Source: an uncultured bacterium (GTDB lineage Bacteria > Margulisbacteria > WOR-1 > XYC2-FULL-46-14 > WPAF01). Taken from it: a DNA stretch of 50,789 nucleotides. The DNA lies in contig CAIYXV010000112.1 in assembly GCA_903930225.1 (NCBI GenBank), positions 1-50,789 of the forward strand, read 5' to 3'. Both the position numbers and the translations under genes were made by a program. This document shows positions 19,356-28,941 of the stretch, one piece after another. The notes beneath the pieces are model-generated. The model searched no databases and had not been told where the DNA came from. It saw nothing but the letters and a program-made list of their open reading frames with translations. How positions within the stretch are numbered: the first letter of the stretch is position 1; the number at the start of each line of letters is the position of its first letter.

Positions 19356-19967
19356 ATGTTCATCAGTTTTGAGGGCGGCGAAGGCTGCGGTAAATCGACC
19401 CATGCCCGGATGCTGAAGGAATATCTTGAATCGTCCGGCAAAGAAGTGGTCTTGACCCGGGAGCCGGGCGGCACCCAGTTCGGGAGCACGATCAGAAAAA
19501 TGCTTTTGGACAACGATCTTTCGATCGAGATGACGACCGAGATGTTCCTTTTTTGCGCGGACCGGGTGGAGCATGTCGAAAAAGTGATCCGGCCGGCCCT
19601 CTCGGAGGGGAAGATCGTGATCTCGGACCGCTACATTGATTCGACTATCGCCTATCAGCTGGGGGGAAGGGCATTGCCGGAGGACCTGGTAAGATACTTG
19701 AACTGGATATCGTCAAAAGGGCTGGTCCCCGACCTGACTTTTCTGCTCGATATTCCGGTCGAAGAGGGATTAAAGCGGACCGCGGAGAGAGGAAAGACGA
19801 ATCGGTTCGAGAACGAGATCCTGGCGTTCCACGAGCGGGTGAGGGAAAAATATCTTGAGATCGCCGGCAACAACCGGCAGAGGATCAAAGTGATCGATAC
19901 CTTCAAGGGGATCGAAGAAACGCAGAAAGAAATAAGAGGGCACCTGCCTGCCGGCAGGCAGGTATAA
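19356..19967 (+). CDS. tmk: Thymidylate kinase
   Basis: FEGGEGCGKST, TREPGG and SDRYIDSTIAYQ. Confidence 0.97.
   Translation: MFISFEGGEGCGKSTHARMLKEYLESSGKEVVLTREPGGTQFGSTIRKMLLDNDLSIEMTTEMFLFCADRVEHVEKVIRPALSEGKIVISDRYIDSTIAYQLGGRALPEDLVRYLNWISSKGLVPDLTFLLDIPVEEGLKRTAERGKTNRFENEILAFHERVREKYLEIAGNNRQRIKVIDTFKGIEETQKEIRGHLPAGRQV
19942..19963. repeat. Perfect 22-bp palindrome ACCTGCCTGCCGGCAGGCAGGT within the tmk 3' end
   Basis: Self-complementary; encodes the C-terminal LPAGRQV tail. Confidence 0.85.
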
Positions 19968-19971
19968 AATT

Positions 19972-22632
19972 ATGAAAAGCGAAGAGATAAGAAGAACTTT
20001 CCTTAAATATTTCGAGGAGAAGGGGCATAAGATCATGCCTTCGGCCTCCCTTATCCCCAATGACCCGACCGTGCTGCTCACCCTGGCCGGCATGCTGCCC
20101 TTTAAGCCTATTTTTTTGGGCGTTCAAAAGCCGGAATCAAAACGCGTAACTTCCTGCCAGAAATGCGTCCGAACCAACGACATTGAGAATGTGGGCAAGA
20201 CCAGCCGGCATCACACCTTCTTCGAGATGCTGGGGAACTTTTCGTTCGGCGATTATTTCAAGGAAGGCGCGATCGCGTTCGCCTGGGAGCTTTTGACCGG
20301 GATCTATAAACTGCCGAAAGAAAAATTAGTGGCGGCGGTTTATGAAAAGGATGATGAGGCGGCGGAAATATGGGAAAAAAAGTTCAACCTGCCCAAAGAA
20401 AAGATCTATCGGCTTAGCGAGGAGAATAATTTTTGGGCGGCCGGCCCGACCGGTCCCTGCGGGCCCTGTTCCGAGATCTATTACGATTACGGTCCGGAAA
20501 AAGGATGCGGCAAACCGACCTGCGATCCTAGCTGCGACTGCGAGCGGTGGCTCGAGGTCTGGAACCTGGTATTCATCGAATTTAACCGCGACGAGAGCGG
20601 AAAGCTCACCCCGCTGCCTTCAAAGAACATCGACACCGGGATGGGGTTGGAGCGCATTTCGCGCCTGTTGCAGAACGTTGAAACCAATTTTGACACTGAT
20701 CTGTTCTTGCCGATCATGGAGAAACTGCCTGGAACCAATGTTTTATCCAAAAGGATCATCGCGGACCATGTGAGGGCAGCCTCATACCTGATCGCGGACG
20801 GCGTCATGCCCGGCAACGAAGGCAGAAGCTACGTATTGCGGCGCATTATACGCCGGGCCGTGCTTCATGCCCGCAAGCTGGGGATAGGTGAGATCTATCT
20901 TCCGAAACTTGCCGAGATCGTGATCGGTATGGGAAAATCGTTCTATCCCGAGCTTAATGAAAAAGCCAGCCTCATCAAGGACACCATAAAAACGGAGGAA
21001 GAGAACTTCCATTCGACCCTGGGATCGGGCGTGAAGCTCTTAAACGATCTGATCGCGAAATACGGCAAACAACTTCCGGGAGCGGAGGTGTTCAAGCTTC
21101 ACGATACTTACGGGTTCCCGGTCGAGATGACCAGGGAGATGGCGGAGGAAGCGGGTTCGGAAATTGACATGGAAGGTTTTAAAAAATCGATGGACGAACA
21201 AAAGGAGCGGGCCCGGGCGGCGGTGGGGGGAGCGGGCCTTTTGACCGGGCTTGATCTTACAAAATATCCAAAGACTAATTTTATCGGTTATGAAAAATTT
21301 GAATGCGATACCAAGGTGGTCGGGATCCTGCCTGACCAGAAGCTGGTCATTCTTGAAAAGACGCCTTTTTATCCGGAAGGCGGCGGTCAGGTCGGCGATA
21401 CCGGCATCATATTTTTTGACGGCAAAGAGATCCTGGTCACTAACACTTACGGTGAAATCGGCGGAGTTATTTTACATAAGATTGACCGGGTCGAGGGCTT
21501 GAAGGACAGACAGGGAGTCAAGGTTAAGATCGATGCCAGCCGGCGGTCAAATATTTCCCTGCATCATACCGTGACCCATCTTCTGCACGCGGCCTTGAGA
21601 GGGATGCTGGGCGCTCAATCGACACAGGCGGGATCGTTCGTTGCGCCCGACCGGCTGCGGTTCGATTTTCATGCTTCAAGCGCGTTGAATCTTGTCCAGA
21701 TCGAGGAGATCGAACGGCTGGTTAACGAGAACATAAAGAAAAATCTGAAGGCGGAATGGATCGAGACTTCGATCGAAGAGGCGAAAAAAATGGGGGCAAT
21801 GGCCCTGTTCGGCGAAAAATACGGCAAGCGGGTCCGGGTGATCAGAGTGCCGGGGGTTAGCGTCGAATTGTGCGGGGGCTGCCATGTCAGGAACACTTCA
21901 GAGATCATGTTCTTCAAGATAATCAGGGAAGAATCCCTGCAGGCCGGGGTGCGGAGGCTCGAGGCGGTGGCCGGTCCGAACGCGAAAGTTTATGTCGTTT
22001 ATCAGGGCAAGGCGCTGCGGGAAGAGATCCTCAAGCTTCAATGCCAGAACCGGACGCTTCAGGAGGAAAAACAGTGCCTTGGCGACCAGAAGCTGCTGGA
22101 GCCGAACGTGTTCTCGGTTGATCAGGAGGAGCTGGTCAGGCTGAAGGACGCGGTGGACAAGCTTGACATCGTGAACGTAAATAAATTTATTGAGCATTTA
22201 AAGGGCCGGGTCGACTGGTTGAAGGAGAGAAATATCAGTTTGATAAAGGAGATCGAAAAGCTCAAAGGTAAAAAGGTCTTGGCCCTGGTGGAGGATCTCG
22301 TTAAAGAAGTAAAGGATGTAAAGGGAATAAAACTGCTGTTAAAAGAGCTGAAAGATGTTTCCATGCCCAATTTACGGGCGCTGGCGGACGAGATCAAGTC
22401 AAAGGTGCCGTCTATCATAGTGGTAATGGCGTCGACCATGCCGGATAAAGTTTCGTTCCTGGTCAATGTCACCAATGACCTGACCGGCAGGTATAACGCC
22501 GGAAAGATCGCGAAAGTCCTGGCGGAAACTTGCGGCGGGGGCGGGGGAGGAAAAGCGGATAAAGCGGAAGCCGGAGGCAAGGACCCGTCCAGGGTGGGCG
22601 AAGCTTTCAATAAGGTAGTAGAGATGCTATGA
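19972..22632 (+). CDS. alaS: Alanine-tRNA ligase
   Basis: HHTFFEMLGNFSFGDYFK, IDTGMGLER, HHTVTHLLH/ELCGGCHV editing site and GGGGG DHHA1 domain. Confidence 0.98.
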   Translation: MKSEEIRRTFLKYFEEKGHKIMPSASLIPNDPTVLLTLAGMLPFKPIFLGVQKPESKRVTSCQKCVRTNDIENVGKTSRHHTFFEMLGNFSFGDYFKEGAIAFAWELLTGIYKLPKEKLVAAVYEKDDEAAEIWEKKFNLPKEKIYRLSEENNFWAAGPTGPCGPCSEIYYDYGPEKGCGKPTCDPSCDCERWLEVWNLVFIEFNRDESGKLTPLPSKNIDTGMGLERISRLLQNVETNFDTDLFLPIMEKLPGTNVLSKRIIADHVRAASYLIADGVMPGNEGRSYVLRRIIRRAVLHARKLGIGEIYLPKLAEIVIGMGKSFYPELNEKASLIKDTIKTEEENFHSTLGSGVKLLNDLIAKYGKQLPGAEVFKLHDTYGFPVEMTREMAEEAGSEIDMEGFKKSMDEQKERARAAVGGAGLLTGLDLTKYPKTNFIGYEKFECDTKVVGILPDQKLVILEKTPFYPEGGGQVGDTGIIFFDGKEILVTNTYGEIGGVILHKIDRVEGLKDRQGVKVKIDASRRSNISLHHTVTHLLHAALRGMLGAQSTQAGSFVAPDRLRFDFHASSALNLVQIEEIERLVNENIKKNLKAEWIETSIEEAKKMGAMALFGEKYGKRVRVIRVPGVSVELCGGCHVRNTSEIMFFKIIREESLQAGVRRLEAVAGPNAKVYVVYQGKALREEILKLQCQNRTLQEEKQCLGDQKLLEPNVFSVDQEELVRLKDAVDKLDIVNVNKFIEHLKGRVDWLKERNISLIKEIEKLKGKKVLALVEDLVKEVKDVKGIKLLLKELKDVSMPNLRALADEIKSKVPSIIVVMASTMPDKVSFLVNVTNDLTGRYNAGKIAKVLAETCGGGGGGKADKAEAGGKDPSRVGEAFNKVVEML

Positions 22633-23048
22633 GGATAATCGGCATAGATTTTGGCGATAAGAGGATCGGGATTGCGATCAGCGATCCTCTTGGGATCATC
22701 GCACAGGGAGTAGCGGTGATCGGTAAAGGCGCCACCTTCGCGGAGGACGTAAAAGAGCTTAAAAAGATAATGAAAAAATATGAATCGATCAACGAGATCG
22801 TGGTTGGTCTGCCCAAGACCATGTCTGGAGAGATCGGCATTGCCGCGGAAAAGGTATTAAAGTTCGTGGAGGCGCTTAAAACGGCGTTTAGGATCCCGAT
22901 TGTGACCTGGGACGAGCGGCTGACCACCGTCCAGGCGCAGAGGGCCCTGACGGAAGCGGGGCTGTCAAGCAAAAAACAGAGAAAAGTGATCGATAAGTCC
23001 GCGGCCTTTTTTATTCTTCAGAATTATTTGGACAGCCGCAAGAAATGA
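22629..23048 (+). CDS. ruvX: YqgF/RuvX family nuclease
   Basis: IDFGDKRIGIAISD, VVGLP, WDERLTT and IDKSAA. Confidence 0.95.
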   Translation: MRIIGIDFGDKRIGIAISDPLGIIAQGVAVIGKGATFAEDVKELKKIMKKYESINEIVVGLPKTMSGEIGIAAEKVLKFVEALKTAFRIPIVTWDERLTTVQAQRALTEAGLSSKKQRKVIDKSAAFFILQNYLDSRKK

Positions 23049-24079
23049 AACGCGCCGCAAAAATTACGCTGATCGTTTCGACCCTGCTGCTGGTGCTTAT
23101 GTTTTTTATGGCCGTTTCGGTCTTTCTGCAGGCCGGCGCCAATAACGGTCCGGTAACGATTGATATCCCAAAAGGTGCGTCCGCCAATCAGGCCGCCGCC
23201 CTGTTGCGGCAGGAAGGGATAATAAAAAGGACCATCGATTTTAAATTTGCGAGCCGGATATTATTCTTAACCGATAAGATCAAGGCCGGGCGGTACCGCT
23301 TCCCTGCTCATCCGTCTCTTTTTAGCGTACTGCTTGACCTTAAAAATGCCAGGACGATTGTTGAAGAGCCGTTGAAAGTCACTTTTCCGGAAGGGACCTC
23401 GATCTACCGGATGGGTTTGATCCTGGAAAAAGCGGGAGCTGTTTGTTCCGAGGAAATACGTTCGTTGGTCGATTCCTCTTTTGTGGAGAAGCTAAAAGGG
23501 GAATTCCATTTTCTTGATGGGGTAAAAAGCCGTTCTCTCGAAGGGTATCTTTTTCCGGATACTTATATGTTTGACCGTAACATTTCCGCCGAGGCGCTGG
23601 CCAGATTGATGCTTAGAAGGTTTTCAGATGTGGTACTGCCTTACTGGAATGACAATAAATACGCGGCGCGGTATGATCTTCATCAGATCGTAACGCTCGC
23701 TTCGATAATAGAGAAAGAAGCCAGGCGGCCCGAAGAGCGGCCGGTCATCTCATCCGTCTTTTACAACCGGCTAGAGATCCAAATGCCCCTAGCCGCCGAT
23801 CCGACGGTAAAATACGCGCTGGAGCGGCCGAGCAAGACCGTATTCTTTGATCAATTGAAAGTTAATTCTCCTTATAACACGTATAAGAACCGGGGTTTGC
23901 CTCCGGGGCCCATCAGTAATCCGGGGCTTGATTCCATCAAGGCGGCGATCTATCCGGCCAAGACCGATTATCTGTTCTTTGTGGCGCAGACGGATGGATC
24001 GCACATTTTCTCGGCGACCATGGCTCAGCATGAGAACGCCCGGGTCAGAGCCAAAAGATCTAAGAAAACCAGCCGCTGA
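23045..24079 (+). CDS. mltG: Endolytic transglycosylase
   Basis: LEGYLFPDTY, LASIIEKE, SPYNTY and GLPPGPISNPG. Confidence 0.96.
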   Translation: MKRAAKITLIVSTLLLVLMFFMAVSVFLQAGANNGPVTIDIPKGASANQAAALLRQEGIIKRTIDFKFASRILFLTDKIKAGRYRFPAHPSLFSVLLDLKNARTIVEEPLKVTFPEGTSIYRMGLILEKAGAVCSEEIRSLVDSSFVEKLKGEFHFLDGVKSRSLEGYLFPDTYMFDRNISAEALARLMLRRFSDVVLPYWNDNKYAARYDLHQIVTLASIIEKEARRPEERPVISSVFYNRLEIQMPLAADPTVKYALERPSKTVFFDQLKVNSPYNTYKNRGLPPGPISNPGLDSIKAAIYPAKTDYLFFVAQTDGSHIFSATMAQHENARVRAKRSKKTSR

Positions 24080-24953
24080 TCGTATCCCAGACATCTCCGG
24101 CGGCATCCGCTATGTCATTTGCGGCCGATTCCGCGGTGTAGAACGCATCTTCCAAACCGTCAATTATATCAAGATAAGTTTTAAACGTGTCCGACATCCG
24201 GTCGGACGGAAGATAAGCTTTAAGCTGTGATTCATTGAATGAACCTTTGGGAGCCATGGCCATTATATATCTGTGACCGCTCGGCACCAGGTTGTTGTCC
24301 CAGAACTTGCTTTGGAAATCAGCCGCGGTCCAGCACTGGGTGGTCGAATAGTTCGGGTTATTGAAATAGATATGGGTTATTTTCCCGGAATCGTCCTTTT
24401 TATATCCGGTGACCACCATCCAGTGTCCCCGGGAAGCATTGCTTATATAATCGGAAAGCGAAGAATTGCTGCCGCCGCCGTTTATCCCCAGCACCATGGC
24501 GGGAATGCCTTTATCTATCAGCGCGGCCAGGTCATTTAACGTGCCGTTGTTTATCTGCCTGACCGTCAGGTTTTTAGCTTCCGCTTTTTCTTTGAGCGCT
24601 TCGGGTCCGTGGCCGACCGTGCTTGATCCGAACATGGTATGCTGATCGACGTTGATGCCGTAATATTTTTCTAGCATCGCGAGAGAGGTCGGACCGCATT
24701 CGTTGTGGCCCTGGATCAGGTTGGTAACGGAGATCTTTTTATCGACCGCCAGGGAAACCGGCGTGATCTTTGGCAGTTGAGCGTTGATGATCGGGAGCGT
24801 GATCGGGGCCAGCTTTTGCTGTACCACCGCCGCCATTGATGAAAGAAATGACGGGCCCGAATAGGATGGACTGACGGTCGCCGGTTTTACCTGGGTTTCG
24901 ATCTTGGAAAGTGCGGACGACGCGATACTGCTGAAAGTCCTAAAATTATCCAT
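24060..24953 (-). CDS. C39-like cysteine peptidase with a Ser/Thr/Pro-rich N-terminal extension
   Basis: QGHNECGPTSLAM (Q, Cys), GHWMVVTGY (His) and YFNNP; AGGAG Shine-Dalgarno upstream; no Sec signal peptide. Confidence 0.8.
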   Translation of the reverse strand: MDNFRTFSSIASSALSKIETQVKPATVSPSYSGPSFLSSMAAVVQQKLAPITLPIINAQLPKITPVSLAVDKKISVTNLIQGHNECGPTSLAMLEKYYGINVDQHTMFGSSTVGHGPEALKEKAEAKNLTVRQINNGTLNDLAALIDKGIPAMVLGINGGGSNSSLSDYISNASRGHWMVVTGYKKDDSGKITHIYFNNPNYSTTQCWTAADFQSKFWDNNLVPSGHRYIMAMAPKGSFNESQLKAYLPSDRMSDTFKTYLDIIDGLEDAFYTAESAANDIADAAGDVWDTISGWFS

Positions 24954-24993
24954 TTTCTTTCTCCTTCCTCTATGGGAATGTCCTACATAGATA

Positions 24994-25023
24994 TTATCGT
25001 GAGGTTATGCTTAAAACTTGTAT
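24994..25023 (-). promoter_or_regulatory. Sigma-28-like promoter motif upstream of the C39 peptidase
   Basis: ATACAAG-N15-CACGATAA, same spacing as the four copies at 41.4-49.9 kb. Confidence 0.6.
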
Positions 25024-25174
25024 CCGGTCATTCCCATTCGATCACCAATGGTAAATTTGAAAAAATGTTCCAGTTTGAGCCAATAAAATTGTATTTTGTA
25101 GCCCATGAAAATGTCTAAGAAAATTAACGATATATTATATGAGAGCATTAGACAGCTAAGAGGGGAATTAATAA

Positions 25175-26230
25175 ATGCTGATTTCAAGAATGCCTTCAGT
25201 TAACAGAATTAAGGCCGCGATGTTCGTCGCGACCTCGGCCTTTTCAATTATGGCCCCTGCCGGATGTTCTCCTTTTCAAAAGGATCAGATTGCTTCTCCG
25301 GAATCGGTTGTTGCACGACCGTGGATACAAGATTTGCGACAGCAGCCGGATAAGATCGTATTTTTATCTTCAGAAGATCATGAATCACCAATGATCCCTA
25401 ACCTGCGGACGAGCCGTGAACCCAAAAAGCCCTGGCTCGTTGAGAGCGGAGATTTCTCCGCGAGGGTAAAGGCAACAACGCTTAATCGATCACTCGGCGC
25501 CGTTAGGTGGCGGCTTGATGTTGACCTTAATCTTCCCGGCCGAAGCTGGCAGTTCATTGCCGCCTCATCTTCAACTCCCGATGTAGTGATACGAAGCGTG
25601 CCCGATAACACAGTTCCCGGATATGGGTCGCGACGGGTCACGCTTGATGTGTCCGCCCCGACTTTTTGCTCGACAGCGGTAGAGCGAGAACCGGTGATCC
25701 TGTCGGTTGACTATGCAGACGGATCGGGCGCACTGGCCAGAATTTTGCTCGAAGTCGATCATCGCTGCCTGCTTGGAAGCATCGTTCCCTATGAGGACTC
25801 CCATGTATTAGCCGCACAGGCGGAAACATACCAGTCGGATCCGGAAATTAAACGGCTCCTTGCCCGGGCCCGATCTTTTCCCCGCGGCTCGGTGGAAGAA
25901 GAGATCTTAAGGCTCAAACAGTGGGTCAGATTTGATGATGAAAGCATAGAGATGCCGCCAAACGACGACATCGATGGATGGAATGGCAATAGTTATAAAC
26001 TCACGCCTACGGAAACGGTAAGGCTGGGGGGCTGCTGCCGCGATTGGTCAACGCTGGTGGCCGCGTATCTTGTAGGTCGCGGGTTCAAACCCTTTATTGC
26101 ATTGACTCCGGGGCATGTATGGGTCCAGGTGACAGATCAAAACAAGGTTGTTATAGTAGATCTTGTAGCAAAACGTCAGTTTTCCGACCCGCCGACCGAG
26201 ATCACGCCGGTATTTATTCCCACTCGATAG
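25175..26230 (+). CDS. Transglutaminase-like (Cys-His-Asp) protein, possibly a lipoprotein
   Basis: GCCRDWSTLVAAYL, GHVWVQV and VDL; hydrophobic N-region ending PAGC. Confidence 0.65.
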   Translation: MLISRMPSVNRIKAAMFVATSAFSIMAPAGCSPFQKDQIASPESVVARPWIQDLRQQPDKIVFLSSEDHESPMIPNLRTSREPKKPWLVESGDFSARVKATTLNRSLGAVRWRLDVDLNLPGRSWQFIAASSSTPDVVIRSVPDNTVPGYGSRRVTLDVSAPTFCSTAVEREPVILSVDYADGSGALARILLEVDHRCLLGSIVPYEDSHVLAAQAETYQSDPEIKRLLARARSFPRGSVEEEILRLKQWVRFDDESIEMPPNDDIDGWNGNSYKLTPTETVRLGGCCRDWSTLVAAYLVGRGFKPFIALTPGHVWVQVTDQNKVVIVDLVAKRQFSDPPTEITPVFIPTR

Positions 26231-27764
26231 TGGCCGGCGGCTTGCTAGAAATGTCGTATACCACGCGGTTTACCTCGGGGGTCTCGTTGATGATCCGGGT
26301 GCTGATCTTCTCAAGCAGATCGTAGGGGAGACGGGCCCAATCCGCGGTCATGGCGTCGGTTGACTGTACCACCCTTAGCGCCACGGTGTTCAAATAGGTT
26401 CGCTTGTCTCCCATAACGCCGACGGTCCTGATCGGAAGAAGAACGCCGAATGATTGCCATACTTTTTTATAAAGATCCGCGGCCTTGATCTCTGAAACCA
26501 CGATATCGTCCACTTCCTGGAGAATTTTAACTCTTTCTTTCGTCACCTCTCCGATAATGCGTATTGCCAGCCCCGGTCCAGGGAACGGCTGGCGGGTTAC
26601 GATCTCTTCCGGTACGCCCAGTTCTCTTCCCAGCGCGCGAACCTCATCCTTAAATAATCTTTTAAGCGGCTCAACCAGCTTGAATTTTATATCTTTAGGC
26701 AGGCCGCCGACATTATGATGGGTCTTTATTCTTACCGCGGTCGTGGCGGAGAGGCCGGGAACGGCCGATTCAATGACATCGGGATAGAGAGTGCCTTGAG
26801 CAAGATAGGGCATAGCACCCAGCTTTTTCGCCTCTTCCTCGAATACCCGGATGAATTCATTCCCGATGCGATGGCGCTTTTCTTCCGGATCGGTTACGCC
26901 TTTTAACTTTTCATAAAATCTTTCCGAAGCGTCGATATGGATAAAATTTATACCGAAAAAGTCCTTGAATATCTTTTCGATCTTTTGCGGCTCGTTTTTC
27001 CTCATAAACCCCTGGTTTATGAACATGCAGGTCAGCTGTTTCCCCACCGCCTTGTGGACCAGAACGGAGACAACGGTCGAATCGACCCCTCCGGAAAGGG
27101 CGCAGAGTATCTTGTCCGATCCCAGGGTCTCTTTGACCTCTTCGGTCGCGGTTTGGAGAAAGTTCTTGGTCGTCCAGGTGGGCTTTACGTCGCAGATGAT
27201 ATAAAGAAAGTTCTTGATGATCTCCAGCCCCTGCGGAGTATGGACCACTTCCGGATGGAACTGCACGCCGTAGATCTTCTTTTCAACGCTGCCGAACGCC
27301 GCATTTGGAGTGTTTTCGGTATGCGCGATCGATTTGAATCCCGAAGGGAGCTTGGCTACCGAATCCCCGTGGCTCATCCAGCACTGGATCTCGCCCTTGA
27401 GCCCGGCAAAAAGATTCGTCTGATCGTCGATCTTCAATATCGCTTTGCCGTATTCTTTCTTTGTTCCCGGCTTGACCTCTCCTCCCAGTTCGAGGCCGAT
27501 CAGCTGCAGACCGTAGCATATTCCCAGGATCGGGACATTCAGTTTCCAGATCTCCGGATCCGCCTTGGGCGCGCCCGGGTCGTAAACAGAAGAAGGGCCG
27601 CCGGAAAGAATTATGCCTTTAACGCCTTTCTTTTTTAATTCGGAAGCGGAAGTATTATACGGCAGGATCTCGGAATAAACATTGCATTCCCTGACGCGCC
27701 TGGCGATCAGCATCGAGTACTGGGCGCCGAAATCGAGGATCGCGATCAGATCATGCTTTTCCAT
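26214..27764 (-). CDS. guaA: GMP synthase (glutamine-hydrolysing)
   Basis: GICYGLQ, QFHPEV, LSGGVDS, IKTHHNVGG and KPPATIEWE. Confidence 0.98.
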   Translation of the reverse strand: MEKHDLIAILDFGAQYSMLIARRVRECNVYSEILPYNTSASELKKKGVKGIILSGGPSSVYDPGAPKADPEIWKLNVPILGICYGLQLIGLELGGEVKPGTKKEYGKAILKIDDQTNLFAGLKGEIQCWMSHGDSVAKLPSGFKSIAHTENTPNAAFGSVEKKIYGVQFHPEVVHTPQGLEIIKNFLYIICDVKPTWTTKNFLQTATEEVKETLGSDKILCALSGGVDSTVVSVLVHKAVGKQLTCMFINQGFMRKNEPQKIEKIFKDFFGINFIHIDASERFYEKLKGVTDPEEKRHRIGNEFIRVFEEEAKKLGAMPYLAQGTLYPDVIESAVPGLSATTAVRIKTHHNVGGLPKDIKFKLVEPLKRLFKDEVRALGRELGVPEEIVTRQPFPGPGLAIRIIGEVTKERVKILQEVDDIVVSEIKAADLYKKVWQSFGVLLPIRTVGVMGDKRTYLNTVALRVVQSTDAMTADWARLPYDLLEKISTRIINETPEVNRVVYDISSKPPATIEWE

Positions 27765-28928
27765 TTACTTGTACATCCCCAGCGACTGCGCTTTTTGATA
27801 AACTTTTCCCTCGGTTAGAATGGAGGGGGCGATAACTACTTCAACATGCTGCATTTCTTTGATGGTCGAAGCGCCCAGCGTTCCCATCGAGGTCTTAAGC
27901 GCGCCGGCCAGGTTCATGGAACCGTCGTCGTATTTTGCCGGGCCGTGAAGTATTTCTTTAAGGTTTCCGATGGTCCCGACCCGCACGCGCGATCCGCGGG
28001 GCAGGGCGGCGTTCGGGGTGGCCATCCCCCAATGGAACCCGCGGCCGGGGGCTTCTTCAGCGCGGGCAATGGGGGAGCCGATCATGACCGCGTCCGCGCC
28101 GCAGGCGATCGCTTTGCAGATATCGCCTCCGGTGACCATTCCTCCGTCGGCGATGATCGGGACATAGATCCCGTTTTCCTTGAAATATGCTTCACGCGCC
28201 GCCGCGCAGTCCGCGATCGAGGTCGCCATTGGTACTCCGACTCCCAGCACTCCGCGGGAGGTGCAGGCCGCGCCGGGGCCGATGCCGACCAGTACGCCGG
28301 CAACGCCGGTTCCCATCAGGGTCAGGGCGACCTCGTAGGTCACGCAATTCCCGACCAGTACCGGTATTCCCATCATCTTACAGAATTCCTTGAGGTCCAG
28401 CGGTTTGCTCGAGGTCGACTTGTGCTTGGTCGAAATAACGGTTGACTGGATGACGAAGATATCGGCGCCGGCTTTTTTGGCGATCGGCCCAAGCTGCAAC
28501 GCTTCCTGCGGGATCGAGGACACGGCCGTGACCGCGCCGGCGGCCTTGATCTCCCTGATCCTTTTTTCAACCAGCGCCGGTTTTGACGGTTCGGTGTACA
28601 TCTTCTGCATCAGCGGCACGTATTCTTCCTTGGACACTTCGGATATCTTCTTCAGCATTTCTTCGGCATTTTCATATTTGGTCCAAAGTCCCTGGAGATT
28701 GAGGACGCCCAGCCCGCCGTACTGGCTCATCAACACGGCCGTTTTTGGCGAGACCACGCCGTCCATGGCGGAGGCAATGATCGGGACCTTGAAGTTTATC
28801 CCTCCGATCGTGGTCGAAATATCCGCGTCATCGGGATTCACGGTGACGATGCTCGGACACAGCGCGATCTCATCGAAACCGTATGACCTTCTTACCGCCC
28901 TGCCTCTTCCCAGTTCAAATTCCGCCAT
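27765..28928 (-). CDS. guaB: IMP dehydrogenase, GuaB3 type (no CBS domains)
   Basis: ASAMDGV, GIGPGAACTSR, IIADGG and HWGMATP; start at MAEFELGRG after AGGAG. Confidence 0.92.
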   Translation of the reverse strand: MAEFELGRGRAVRRSYGFDEIALCPSIVTVNPDDADISTTIGGINFKVPIIASAMDGVVSPKTAVLMSQYGGLGVLNLQGLWTKYENAEEMLKKISEVSKEEYVPLMQKMYTEPSKPALVEKRIREIKAAGAVTAVSSIPQEALQLGPIAKKAGADIFVIQSTVISTKHKSTSSKPLDLKEFCKMMGIPVLVGNCVTYEVALTLMGTGVAGVLVGIGPGAACTSRGVLGVGVPMATSIADCAAAREAYFKENGIYVPIIADGGMVTGGDICKAIACGADAVMIGSPIARAEEAPGRGFHWGMATPNAALPRGSRVRVGTIGNLKEILHGPAKYDDGSMNLAGALKTSMGTLGASTIKEMQHVEVVIAPSILTEGKVYQKAQSLGMYK

Positions 28929-28941
28929 TTTTTTCTCCTTT

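Noticed and set aside
24060-26230. Integrative element at the guaA 3' end
   Set aside because: No integrase, and I found no duplicated guaA end or att repeat.
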